Under the pieces are notes generated by a model, which did no database searches, was not told the origin of the DNA, and worked only from the letters and a program-made list of their open reading frames with translations. The position numbers and the translations under genes are program-made. From Dendrobates tinctorius (lineage: Eukaryota), in assembly GCF_039654945.1 (NCBI RefSeq), contig NW_027361688.1:31310001-31374000 (forward strand): 64,000 nucleotides of DNA, read 5' to 3'. Position 1 is the stretch's first letter, and each line of letters starts with the position of its first letter. Shown in pieces: positions 49,805 through 62,497 of the stretch.

Positions 49805-50112
49805 TAGAGTTGAGCGACTTTGGTCGGATCGGGTTTCATGAAACGAAATTTGAGTCGGATGAAACTGGTCCGACTAGGGCAAAAAAAGTTGGAGTTTCGT
49901 CCGAAACCCGACCCCAATGCAAGTCAATGGGGAATAAAAGTCGGCATTGAGTGGATGAATATCCGCTCAATGCCGACTTTTATTCCCCATTGACTTGCAT
50001 TGGGGTCGGGTTTCGGACGAAACTCCAACTTTTTTTGCCCTAGTCGGACCAGTTTCATCCGACTCAAATTTCGTTTCATGAAACCCGATCCGACCAAAGT
50101 CGCTCAACTCTA
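49805..50112. mobile_element. 308-bp palindromic hAT MITE
   Basis: TAGAGTTGAGCGA...TCGCTCAACTCTA; 8-bp TSD TTCGTGAC (49797-49804, 50113-50120). Confidence 0.9.
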
Positions 50113-50789
50113 TTCGTGACATTTCTGCACCAAAGACGTATCTCTTGGCAGGAAAAAATGTAACCTAAAATACGTGTGTTTTTGCCGCATTTTTGCGTTT
50201 TTACGCCTTTTTACATTTTCTCCAAGTATACATTTTTTTGTTTTTCTTTAATCCACTGTATTGTGGACTTTTCTTTTGCACTAATTTTTATGGTATTTAA
50301 CAAGTGGGTGTGGCTCACAGGATCCTCTGAGGTGTGTTTATAAGCTGATCTGCATTATTGCACTGTAAGCACTGCCCCCTTGGCAAATTCCATGTAAATT
50401 AGCACTAAAACATCTCTGGTACCATATGGGGGTAAAAAAATGAATCAGGGGAGCAGTGAGAATTAAATAAGAGTGAACTTGCCACTTTTGACCTGAAGAG
50501 AGGTCCTCTTTAAAACGGATACAGCAAAACAATAGGCGATAGCAGCCGGCACATATAAAATTAATAAAGTCCACAAAGGGCTCAATTCTACACTTTCTCA
50601 TTGCAGTGCCAGAGTGTACGGGAGCGCAGGAGTCTGGTCATGATGACCAAATTATGAACTCATGACTATATGGGGAAGTTCAAACATGGAAATCCTGTTT
50701 CTCAGAGGCTTGATGGCGCAGTGTATCACAGGATATTCACATAAAGAACACTAGGCAGCAATAGTTAACGTCAGGAACTGACAACAGAC

Positions 50790-51012
50790 ATGGCGGCTCA
50801 GTGGTTAGCACTGTTGTTTTGCAATTCTGGGTTCAAATCCCACCTAGGACAACTTCTACAAGCAGTTTCTATGTTCTCCCCGTGTTTGCCTGGGTATCTT
50901 CTGGGTTCTCCAGTTTCCTCCCACATTCCGAAGACATAGTAATAGGATTTAGTTTGTGAGCCCCAATGGGGACAGCAATGATAATGTCTGTAAAGTGCTG
51001 TGGAATATGATA
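50790..51012 (+). mobile_element. tRNA-derived SINE (V-SINE-like)
   Basis: A box GGCTCAGTGGTTAGCAC, B box GGGTTCAAATCCC, core TATGTTCTCCCCGTGTTTGC.TGGGT..CTCCAGTTTCCTCCCACA.TCC.AAGACAT, tail TGTAAAGTGCTG. Confidence 0.8.
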
Positions 51013-51228
51013 TAATTGTGATATGTACATGACATGGCTACAGATATCTGTAGATAGGATGGGCAGGAACAGTCTCCAGCCCGGGATCACACTTGGACAG
51101 ACAGCAACAGTAGTTTCTGGAATTGTGACATATGACAGTTGGGCACATTTAGCAAAACTGTAATTCTTACAGTGTAAACTAATGCTATGTGCACACAGCA
51201 CCATTTAAACCCTGGCGTACCCACACTT

Positions 51229-52420
51229 TTCTTTAAATATTTTTATTTTGGTTTTAACATTGATATGAAGTCAAAACATTCCAATTCCATACATTAAAAA
51301 AAGTTGACAGTTTTTAATAAGTTATCGTTATATTCTAATGTTTAGGTATAACCAGCTTTAGGAGGTATTAATGTAAGCTCTTACATGAGCCAAATTATTG
51401 TGAGCTCTCTAGAGGAACGTGAAGAAAGGAGGGCGAGAACAGAGAATCGGAAGCAGCACTCCAGGTGAGACCACATCTTCCCCAACAGTCTATTTAAGTA
51501 TTCCTTTCTGACAACCAGATTATTCCCTTCATTCAATAATATCCAACATGTCCATTGGCGATGAAAAGCTTTGAGACGTTTGGAGAACATGCTTGCACAT
51601 CTTCATAAAATTAGCTTCTTCCACCCAAAGTAGGAGTTTCTGGATTTCCAGTGACGTGGAACAACTGACTTAACAGCTTTTAGGGTATCTTGCTTTACCT
51701 TTGAGACTGCATTTGGAACGATTGAACGTGGGTTGAGTGTGAGACTACTGTAAAATGAGAAACGTTCCATAACCCACAACTCAAGGGTCATTCCCACCAT
51801 AAATGTAACAGACCCAGCAATGCACCAGCCCAAGCCAACTGAGGGGATGATCCTATGTAGCATAGTGTATAGTACCATCTAGATAATTACTTGCTATGCT
51901 GAGGAGAAACTTAATTTGAGGGAGAGCATTTTTTTTTTTTTTTGCCAAAAAAGTAACATCTGAAAGGTGCCTACCCAATTCCTTCTCACAAGCCCCAGTA
52001 AAGGGTCATTAAAGGTGTCCCTTTGCATATACAAGATAGAAGTTCCTACAAGTTGAGTGACTAAGGTTTCACACTGAGTGAATTCATCCTCAGTGAGAGT
52101 TTTGAGAAATTTACTTGACCTGAGCTGGAAATATGCAAGCCAAGATAGACACCTACCTAGAGCCACCAAGTTCTGTATAGGAAAGCAAAGAGCCTGATCC
52201 TATGAGAACATGTCTCAATCTAATCCTGGTGGATCTGTCCCAGATTAGAAGTGAGTCTGCACCTGAAGCGTAGGGAAATATGGGTTGCCAAACAAGGTTG
52301 TTTATGGACCACCCCAACCAACATGAGGAGATTAAAACTTGAGCAAGTATTGGCAGTTTAGTTTGTACATGTATTTTGTCATTCCAAAAGGTAGAGATGC
52401 AAGTGTCCACAGAGGTCCCT
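51229..52420 (-). mobile_element. Degenerate LINE (L1/Tx1-like) 3' fragment
   Basis: AATAAA plus A-rich tail on the minus strand at about 51229-51248; Trp-rich broken frames upstream; no intact RT motif read. Confidence 0.4.
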
Positions 52421-53117
52421 TTTGGTTTTCACCCAATTGGTTTGGTTCCACACACCTGAACCAGTCCACTGTTCTGAACAAAAACACCAGTCTGCAATTT
52501 AGATTGGCATATTAGTACCCCCTTGTTCTTGGGATGACAGTTTTAATGAATGTTGTAGGCCTTGATGTTACCCATACAAACATGCCAATAGCCTTGATAA
52601 GACAGGGGGAGCAGAGGACTGTTAATGTTAGGCAAAATGTCTAGTTTTCGTTGCATTACCAAACCAGAATAAAATTTCAGGAATGCCAAGAGACCAGGTT
52701 CTTTATAAAAAAAAAAAAAAAAAAAAAAACCATCCATGTGAGTTAACCATCATGCTTGGTTTGAAAAGCATGACACCTTGAAGAGCCCAATTGTGGCCCA
52801 GCCAAGTTTAGCAGAAGTTAATCAATTATGCCTATGAATTTTTGAAATGATCAAACCAGGATAATGAATTCTAGCTTGAAACCCTTAGGTTTAAGAATGG
52901 GTGACGTAATATAAATGATAAAGGATATTTGAGTTCCATACTCAGGTAGCTAGTTGTGTGCCACTAAAAGGAAAGCTAGATATTAGCTGTGTCAGTTTAG
53001 TATCAAGAGTTGTTCACAGCTTAGAGTAGTTGGCCATCACAGCCAAATTCTTCAAATCCCTCTAGAATAGAAGGAAAATGAGAGCATTGGGTTTGGAACC
53101 TGTATAGAGATGGTTAA

Positions 53118-53427
53118 GGCTGTGTGCACACGCTGTGGATTTTGCTGCGGTTCCGGCTGCTGCAGACCCGCATCAGTTTCTGCTGCGGTGTACAGTACCA
53201 TGATTCCCTATGGGAATCAAAAACTGCAGTGCGGAATTTTCTGCGCGGATTATCTGCGGTTTTCAATCTGCAGAAAGATTTGTCATGTCAATTCTTTCTG
53301 CGGATTCTCCTGCGGTTTGCCATCTCCTCCATTTGAGGAGATGCAAAACTGCAGAGCAATCCGCAAGTAAAACCGCAGGTCTTTTGACCTGCGGATTTTA
53401 CAAAATCCGCAGCGTGTGCACACAGCC
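53118..53427. mobile_element. Harbinger-type MITE
   Basis: GGCTGTGTGCACACGCTG TIRs; same family as 6132-6451. Confidence 0.8.
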
Positions 53428-55507
53428 TCAAACTGATGCGAGCTTGTGACTCTACAAATATCTGTATTTTCACATAATGCCACAGCTAAAGGGTTTATCA
53501 ATCTCCAATAAAACTGTTCTGGAGATTATGTTATGTGCAGGCACTGACTCCGCACCATTTTATTGAACTACAACATGGCAGTGTTCATGTGGAGGTCACA
53601 GCAGTATGCTAGCCATTGCCACTAGCCCCATGTTGAAGTTGTGGTACAAGTCAAAAAAGTGGCACCAGAGTCAATGCTTGCGCATCCTGCAATGTCCAGC
53701 GCCATTTTCTTGAATTTACTATACGAATTTCAATAAAGTGATGCATTTTGCGTACGTGCTGACTCCACATCACCCATTCTGGCTTTGGGCTCAAGAATGC
53801 ATCCACTGTTATATGTAAGTTTGTAGCAGCTTTCAAGATAGATGACACCTGAATAGTGATCTGGTCACAGGCAAAAAAAAAACAAAACAACTCAACTGAA
53901 GTGGCACACACTGCAAGTAGTTATGATATTTGAGTCATATGCTTTAGAGCTTTTAACCCCCCCTCCCCAGGCATTCATGCATTAAATCAGACTGGTCCAT
54001 GTAGTTTGGTAAAGTGGTTTAATTCTTAACCTGTCAGTCCTAGTTTACACCAGGTGATGAGCTGGTGTACCCTCCACCACAGTTGCACCATGGCCTGTAG
54101 CTGGACAAGTCGTTTAGTATGGTGCAAAGATGCCAGCCTACTTTGGTTATATCTATGACATCCCATTACAGATATTAGATTTGCTATGGACTACTAGATT
54201 GCGATTGCCTTCAGCCACAAAAATTAACTTTTATTGGAGTGCTCCCTTTAGTGTTTTTATCCTCTGTATGCTCTTCCACACATCAGTATTTTTGATTAGT
54301 ATTTGTATGCCAAAACCAGGAGCATCTCCAAAGCAAAGGACAGTCATTCAATTATGCTTTTTTTCTTGGCAAGTTCCATTCCTGGCTTTGGCATACAAAC
54401 ACTGATGCAAAATCCTGACCAAATACTGATGTGTGAATGAGCCTTTACACAGAGTACATGCTTGTTTTGCCCTTCTACCTATTAATTCATTTTTATTAGA
54501 TCTATGGCAACACAAGAAAAAACCCTATCTGAATCATGTCCCATATAGAAACAGGATGTCTTTGCTGCATGAGTCATCACTAAGGCTGGGTTCACATTGT
54601 GTTAGGGCAATCTGTTTAATGGATGCGTTTGTAAGCAGCACTAATGCAATGGACATGTTACACACACATCCTAACGCATGCCAAAAAAAAAAAAAAAAAA
54701 AAACAAAAAAAAAAAAAACCTATATATATGCAGTGGTCCATTAACTTGTGACGCACCTTCCAATGTGGACTACCATGTTTTCGTGGCTATGGCTAACGGA
54801 AGTGTTTGTTCTGCCATAAAACTATTGCAAACGCATAATGACCCAATGCAGCCACATGTGTAACACAATGATGGGGAAAAAAAACCCAAAGACAATTTGG
54901 GCTCATTCTCAGTGCATCTGTTTAATGGATTGCCCTAAATGCAATCTGCACCAAGCCTTAAGCTACAGTCCTGGACACTGAAAGAAAAGATGTAGCAAAA
55001 ATGGGTTTTAGCTTGACTGCCAGGAACTTGCAGTGTTAGAAGAAAAAAAAAAAAAAAAAAAAAATATAAAAAATAAATCGCTGACTCATGCAGGGAATAG
55101 ACACTGTTTCTACATAGAACTGAGAAGGATAAAGTTCACTGTTCGTCATGCGATGAACCACATGGGAGAATTAGATGGGTAGAAGGGCAAAAAGAGCAAT
55201 TGCAAGTACACAGCACTAGACAATATACCATTATGATAGCTTAGAGGGAGAACAGTTCTTGAAGCACTCCTCCATCTTTTGAATTATGTCTTAGCTTGTG
55301 TCGAGTGCATCTTATTTAGACAAGCGTGTACACATTTGGTGGTCAAGTGTGCATTGAAGCACATAAGGTCTTGTCTGACTAGTCAGAGTTACCTAGATAG
55401 GTCCTGACAAACACCTGGTTTATGCTTTTATAGAGTAACCCATAGACACGAGAACAGAAGTGTGATGATTAAAGCCATGCAACAAGTTTCTGAAAAGTCC
55501 GCTTTAT

Positions 55508-58500
55508 TCAAGGAGTCAGTGTGGACACAACACATTTATTGTGCCTCTTATACAGATAAATTCCCAGAATATACACAGACAGGAGTATACCAACAGCAGC
55601 TGCTCCTGCTTGTAACCAAGCCATAAGAATGCCAGAATCAAGATGGCCTGTGAAAGAAGGAACATTATATGTTGAGCATTTGAGAGCAGTCGTCATTCCG
55701 AGATGCATTGTCTATAGGCCATAAGAGTCTTGGCTTTTGGAACTGATCCTAGGCATCAATAAATTAAGACTTAGGAATTTGGCAGCCTCAACCATTCTGA
55801 TAGGAATGTTTGTCTAAATTGTCATTTATGCCAAAAATTGCATCATGGGTTTCAGGGACAAAAACCTAGTTGGTGTAAAGTCAAATATATTGTGACACTT
55901 AAGCCAGGATTTTGGCAGAGACTGCTTGGCGAGTTGGGGCCTTAATAACTTTAGATACTATAAAGCTAGGTTCCTTCATGATGAAGGTAGTCTTTTCAAG
56001 TTGGAGTACAATTAGGTTGACATGTTACCAAAGTCTATGCCCAACTAATGCATGGGTGAGGGACTACCCATTGCAGTTAGTTAAACTTGTTGTACCACAT
56101 ATGAAGCACCTTACCTTCCTCCTCATGGAGCAACTTCTCCATTTCTGTTACTTTAGTGTTAAACACAATCGGCCCATTAGAAGTTACTGTTACATCGGAC
56201 CCCCATGTGGCAACCATTCTTTCTGCAAGACAAATCTGAGTGTTAGGCCCACAAGATGTGCAGAACATCAAATAACAGATTGCAGAAGATGATGCCCCCA
56301 ATCCTAAGACAGTAGTTGAGTGAACCTCAATTTCCACCTACTTTGTCTTCTGGCACAGTTAATGGAGCAGGACTCTGTGGCAGATGGCACACACACTGAC
56401 GCACTGCAGTGGAAGAACACCTGTAGGACCACAGAGAAGTCACTTGAGGTTTCACAGCTCAGACATGCCATATAATATATTATTTTCTGACTGCTGGGAT
56501 TTAGACCATATGGCAGAGCAGTTGTTTAGAGCCTCAATGGACACTTACTGTTTCAGAGTAGAAGACAAGGCTTAAGAGAACACGTCGCTCAGTTTGTTAA
56601 GCACCCATGTTGTTAAAGTCAAATTCTATACATAACCAAGACTAATTTTACTGTGACAAGGTATACCCCAGAAGGGACTATCAGCACAGAATGACTGTTC
56701 AAAACCAACTACAGGCACTTAGTGCTCCATGGTGGGACCAGACCTTTAAATACACCTTCCAACTGCTTGGTTTCTATCTGTTCCCCACCCTTCACTGGCT
56801 CTATGAGGTCAGAGTAGTGAGTGAGGGGGAATTTAGGGAAAGTCAGACTGTATTTTAATGACTGGTCCCACTGTGAAGAACCAAGTATTAGTTTGGTCAC
56901 TTTGTCAGACCCTTTATCTCTTATAGTTCACTTGTGTCAGCAGAAATATATTTTATATGTATACACAGGAAGTCATAGTAGGTCAGACACTCAAAGCCAA
57001 GCACACCACTCAATGAATGGAGTGGTGTTGAGCATGAAGCTCCCCAATTGGTGCAGATCTTAATGGTTACTCCCCCTTACCACCACTTTTCATTTCCACA
57101 TGGCCCTGATCTTTAGTTTTAGGAATCCTTGCCAAGGCGACCCACCAACCTTACTGTCTATACAGCAGTGGCTGGACACATGCAGTGCTTACAAGTCACC
57201 AGGTCAAGTAGGAGCCAGACAAACTTCTGGCTGCTCAATAAGAAAGTGATTTAAAACCAAGCATCATTGATACTAGTAAAGGGAATTGCAAATTATTTAA
57301 AGTATTTTGTTTTGAAGACAATAGACCATATAGAAGCAAGACACTTACCAGTCCAGAAAGAGCAGTTTGGGTGTTAGCATCCACAAAGGTGAACGCATTA
57401 ACGATGAAGCGCTTGTAGTGCGTTGGGAAAGTCATGCCCTGTGAAGAGACTACAGGAACCAGCTCTGTCAGATAGTTGTCCCCCTGAAAAGGGCAGCTGA
57501 GGAGGGAGAACACAATATGGTGTTACACCATGGAAGTCCTCAACAGGACAAGGATTTTATCCACTGTTGTGCAACCCTTACCCATTAGACAGTATAGGCC
57601 ACTGAGGACTGTCAGTGGGTACAGGAGAATTGGTGGCCCAACAGTTGTTCAACACCAGAACCAGGCTGGGATCAGTCCTCTGCAGAATCCGAACTTCTGT
57701 GTGCACAGGATCCCTTAAGACACGCTCGATGGGATACTCTCGTTCAGTGTAGTATGAAGTATATTGTTGATCTGCAAGACATTGATGTGATGTGTGATTG
57801 CTTTTCCATAAAACACAAGGGAATCAGGAGATTCATCATGACTCATGCAAAGCCTTGTCCTAACCAAATGGCTTTTTTGCCAAACTTCTGTGCACCATTA
57901 CTTATTCTGTAGTATTAATTGCTTGTGACACCACATCATGGGTGTTAAAGAAACTTACCTTTGGCTATTCTCATTTCCAAGAGGAGAGGACCAGAGGTGG
58001 ACACAGGGAGAGGTGGTGGGAGAGTCAAAACTTCGACCTGCAGAGGGACAACATCAGTATGTCCATAGCTGCAGCGTACGGTTACCCTGTATTAGAGGGG
58101 AGTACATTAGTAAAGCATGACGAGAAAAAGAAAGAAAGTCTGTTAGCTTAGAATTGTGCTTTACTACCTCATGTTACTGTCTCTAGTGATTGAGGCCCTC
58201 TGCCAGGTGACTACACGGTTAGTTGCCACAAAAGTGCGTTCGTATACCAAGGACTCAGCCACCTGTAAAACCAAATGGTCCCAAGTTATATAGGAGGAGT
58301 ATCAGTTGCTGCAGGTATAGAGCAAGGCAGGCTTGACTTTTAGTTGATAGGTTGAGTAGACATCTTTTTGCTCACCTGGTTTGCACCTCCACAGGACAGG
58401 GGTAACTGGAACCCAATGAATGATGCAGTTGTGGCTATTCTCATCTCCGGGCAGGAGGCAGAGTCCACATCCATAACATAAACGGAGTCCAAAATTAAGG

Positions 58501-61500
58501 AAGGTACAGTCAGGTCTTTTGAAATAGCCACCACCATCTTGTTTTCAGCGTTGCAATAAGCAGTCACTGTATAAGAAGTCAAAAGAGCAATATGGAAAGC
58601 ATCATGGGAGAGACAAGATCTTTAGATTTTCATACGCATGATGTTATCGACGTCCGGAAAAGTTGTTGGCACCTACACAAGCAATGTGCAAGATTGGAAG
58701 TTTAGAACAAAACTACTTTTGGCCATAGTTCTGCTTTGATATATGCAAAAACACAAGCCACGGAGACATCACATGTTTCTCAACGTAAGCAATGACTAGC
58801 CAGGTCTTTCCCTGGGAGGGAACAACCACAGGAAGGGCAGTCTCCAATGAAGGAACCCACCTATGCCAAAACATGGTATCCATCCACAGACAGCTGTTTC
58901 GGTGTATTGCCCTCAGTGTGGAGTAGGAAACTGGCTAGTAGGAGCAATGCCTAGTAGAAGACTGAAAAAACGAGGGTGAATGAACTCATGGAGAGCAACA
59001 TATGTTTCTCAACGCAGTGATTCTAGGGCAATCTGTCTGTGGATGGATACCATGTTTTGGCATAGGTGGTTTCCTTCATTGGAGACTACCCTTCCCGGGG
59101 AAAGACCTGGCTAGTCATTGCTTGCGTTTAGAAACATGTGATGGTGTCTCTGCGGCTTGTGTTTTGCATATATTTACATATTTCCCATAAGGGTGGGGCA
59201 TTGCTCTAGAATCACTGCGTTGAGAAACATGTGATGGTGTCTCTGCAGTGTTGGATATTGATCTCCATGAGTTCATTCATCCTCATTTTTCACAGTTCTG
59301 CTTTGAGACCCAAATTCAGTGAGAGTTCATAAGGATGAATGATCCCAAAGGAGCACTTGCCCAACAGAGGGCTCTATGAGAACCCCCATGTCGTGCACTT
59401 CAATGCAATTGGAAATCCCAAAGTTGCACAAGCCAAGTTGACATCCCTTTATTCTTGAGGGGCGAGTGCTGGGTGGCACCAGCTCCCCCCCCCCCCCCCC
59501 CCCCCCCCCATATTCAGTTGCAGCATGGCCATAAAAAAAAAAAAAAAAAAAAAGTGTGTTTGCCACATACAACACTGCAGTCCCATGCAAGATACACTGA
59601 CCATCACTTAATACATCTGTCATGTCAAGCTCAGTTTTACCATGTCTGTACCAGTAGATGTAGCATTAGAATGGACCATGTGGTTAAACTTACACTTATT
59701 CCCATAGTAGCAACGTAGCCGGTCATACTGGGAAAAGCAGCATCCAAGTCCTTCACAGAGATCTCTAGAGACAGAGTCATTGGCGCACGGCAGACGGTCG
59801 GCTGGCTGAACTGAAGCACAGACACTTGGGCTTGGAGCATCCATAGCTATGGGGATAGAGAAGGCCAGAAGGAGTTATTGAATCACTAACAACTGATTGT
59901 TTTGGCCTTTTAGTCTAAGGCTGGGTTCAGTGTTCTTTGGAGAATGGCTTAAGCCCATCAAGTTGGGGAGTAAGATTTAGTCAAGACTATGTACTATTCC
60001 CTGCCTCCAATAGGTCCATACAGCCAGAAGTGATGCACGCTGGAGTTCTGTCCTGATGGAGGTCCTGCGTGAACTCGAAATGCATTGACCCTGTAAACCC
60101 TTTATTAAAATTTTTACCCATTGGAAGCCATTGTGGATTCATCAGCTGCACAGGAGTGACATCTCCCTCCCAATCGTGTCACAGAAGATGAGTGGACACT
60201 TCCTAGGTGAGATATTATGGGTAGGAGGAAAGACCTCCAGAAGAGGTGTTGAGTTCAGCCATGACAAAGGTGTACCAAGCATTTGCTATTGATTTGAACA
60301 GTCATTGGGCCCAGACAAGCCTCCTTCATAAGGAAACCAACACCACGTCACAGGACTCAAGCTCTGTAACACGCCGTAGAGATTTACCTAGGAGAACGGG
60401 GCACATCAGGTCCTTCTTGTGATACTGGGATTTTCCATCCTGGAAAACTTCTCCTAGAGTGATAGTCATTACATAGTGGTCATTCTGCAATCAAAAAAAA
60501 AAAAAAAAAAAAAAGTCTCAACGCAAGATACTTCAGTAGTACAAATACAACAAATTTCTACCCCAGAAGATGCAAGTGTCAGGTCCCAGTTATGCAGAAT
60601 AAACTGTACAAGTTTGGAAACAACAATATGGATGACAACTTCTTAGACATCTCACAGTCGCTGCTTATAGAAGTCTATGGAGGAGCCAGAGGCAAACAGT
60701 CCACAGAAGTCAATATCCATTGACGATTCTGCAGGCTATACAGTGTTCTAGGCTCCTTATCGGCCTACCTCTTCTCGCACATAACAGCCGTGAAATGCAG
60801 AGCCGAGCACCATTGAGCCATCAGATTTCTGTCCAAGCCAGGTGCCACAAGTGGAGTCATTGTGAAAGTAATGAGACTTTCCATTCTTGTCTATAAGAAA
60901 GGCGAGAGATACATTACTGGCAGTGGCACGCCAACATGTAGTGTCTTGACAAAGGTATTGTCCAGGCCATCATCAGGATCCACCCATGAGGAGAGCTCCA
61001 TTGACAATAACCAGATGGAGCAGGATCTGGTCACCAGTAATTTAGCCCAGTTCTTGGCAACAGCTGCGCCATTTAATACACCGTTTTCATGATCAATTGC
61101 CAGATCTCAAGAAGGAAAAGTAGGGGAGCTTTGTTTTGGACACCACCTTTCCCACCAAGGCCATTATACAAGGGAGAGCCACTTTACTGGGAGCCCATCA
61201 CCTTCAGAAACTGTCTGCAGATAAATAGCATGTGAGGGTGTGATGTAGCCAAATTGAAGCAGCAGCTACAGGAAGAAAATGGAAGTGTTATTCTCCCTGC
61301 AGCTGCTGGTTCCCAGGCACCACTCATTATACAAGGAGCACACTGCAGTCACTTCACCTTGCTCTGCAGTGCCAGCTGTCAGTGTCAGGGAGAGATTACT
61401 GAGCATTGCAAGGAGATAATCACTACACACTGTATAAGGAGCAGCTACAGGGAGACCTTAACCCTTTCAAGCACAGGTGATTTTTTTGTCCCCCCCCCCC

Positions 61501-62390
61501 CCCAATCTTCCAAGAGGCATCTTACTTTTCAAAATCAAATTTAGCTGTGTGAAGGCTTTTCCCTATAGGACAAGCAGTAATTTTGAATGATTCCATTCAT
61601 TTAACCACAGTACTGGAAAATAAAAGAAAACAGTCACAACATTTTGAGCTTATGCTATGCCAATTACCAGTTAGGTGAATTTTGTATGTCTGATGCAGCA
61701 ATAATACTAAGTGGGTGCTTATTTTATAGGGGGCAAAAGGGAGGGGATTTTTTGTTTTTTTAATGAGCTTTACTCTTAATAGTCCCTTAGGGGAACTTAA
61801 AGCCACCATCAGCCATTGGCATACACATAGTTCTGCTATGCAGAGCAGAGATCATGGTCTCTTATTAAGACTGTCCTGGAAACCCAGTCAGTTCTTACAG
61901 GTACATGATTACTGATTTAGTCAGCCATCATGTGCCAAGAAAAATGCAGCTTCAGCATGCAAACATTAACAGCAAGGACACAACATGGCAAACATACATG
62001 TCCTGAATGTGAGAGGCAGTTTGAGGAAAAAAAAAAAAAAAAAAAAAAAGGTTCATGTCTCCTAGAGTCACCCATAGCAAGCAACCACATACAGAGCAAA
62101 AATAAAAGTAAAAGCTGCAGTGATTGCTGAGCCGATAGTGGTGACCATTCTACAAGCCACCATGACTTCTATGGGCAACATTCCCACACAACATTATGGC
62201 TCTTACCAATCACAGCCAAGGCAAATACTGCATCCCCCAGCAAGGAAGGGAGAGAAAACTCCATGGCATCAGCTCCACACTGCAGATGTGATGGCTCATC
62301 CCAATAGTCCTGCGCTGCACCCACTGATGACCCCAAACCAGAGGCCCAAAGGGCAACTACAAGCCCAAGCCACACTCTACACAAGCCCAT
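55508..62390 (-). CDS. zp4: Zona pellucida glycoprotein 4-like (ZPB), paralog C, 12 exons
   Basis: Exons 62390-62207, 60890-60769, 60484-60388, 59846-59694 (trefoil), 58566-58376, 58262-58168, 58086-57959, 57771-57582, 57496-57349, 56420-56342, 56222-56115, 55647-55508. Furin site RQKR; TM segment. Confidence 0.9.
58765..59290. mobile_element. Penelope-like/retrozyme-type repeat with inverted segments and a degenerate hammerhead motif
   Basis: Minus strand 58922-58883 reads TCCACA-CTGA-GGGCAATACACC-GAAA-CAGCTG-TC-TGTGGA; 58765-58893 is inverted at about 59033-59153. Confidence 0.6.
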
Positions 62391-62433
62391 CTTGTCAGCA
62401 GCTGCCTATATCACCAGCCACCATAGTCCGGGG

Positions 62434-62497
62434 TTTTATACAATGTGAACAAACCAGAGCACCTCTGATTGGACAAGAGCTGAAGTGGCATCAGGTG
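62434..62497 (-). promoter_or_regulatory. Core promoter of paralog C (E-box, CCAAT, TATA)
   Basis: TATAAAA 62440-62434, ATTGG 62468-62472, CAGGTG 62492-62497. Confidence 0.7.
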
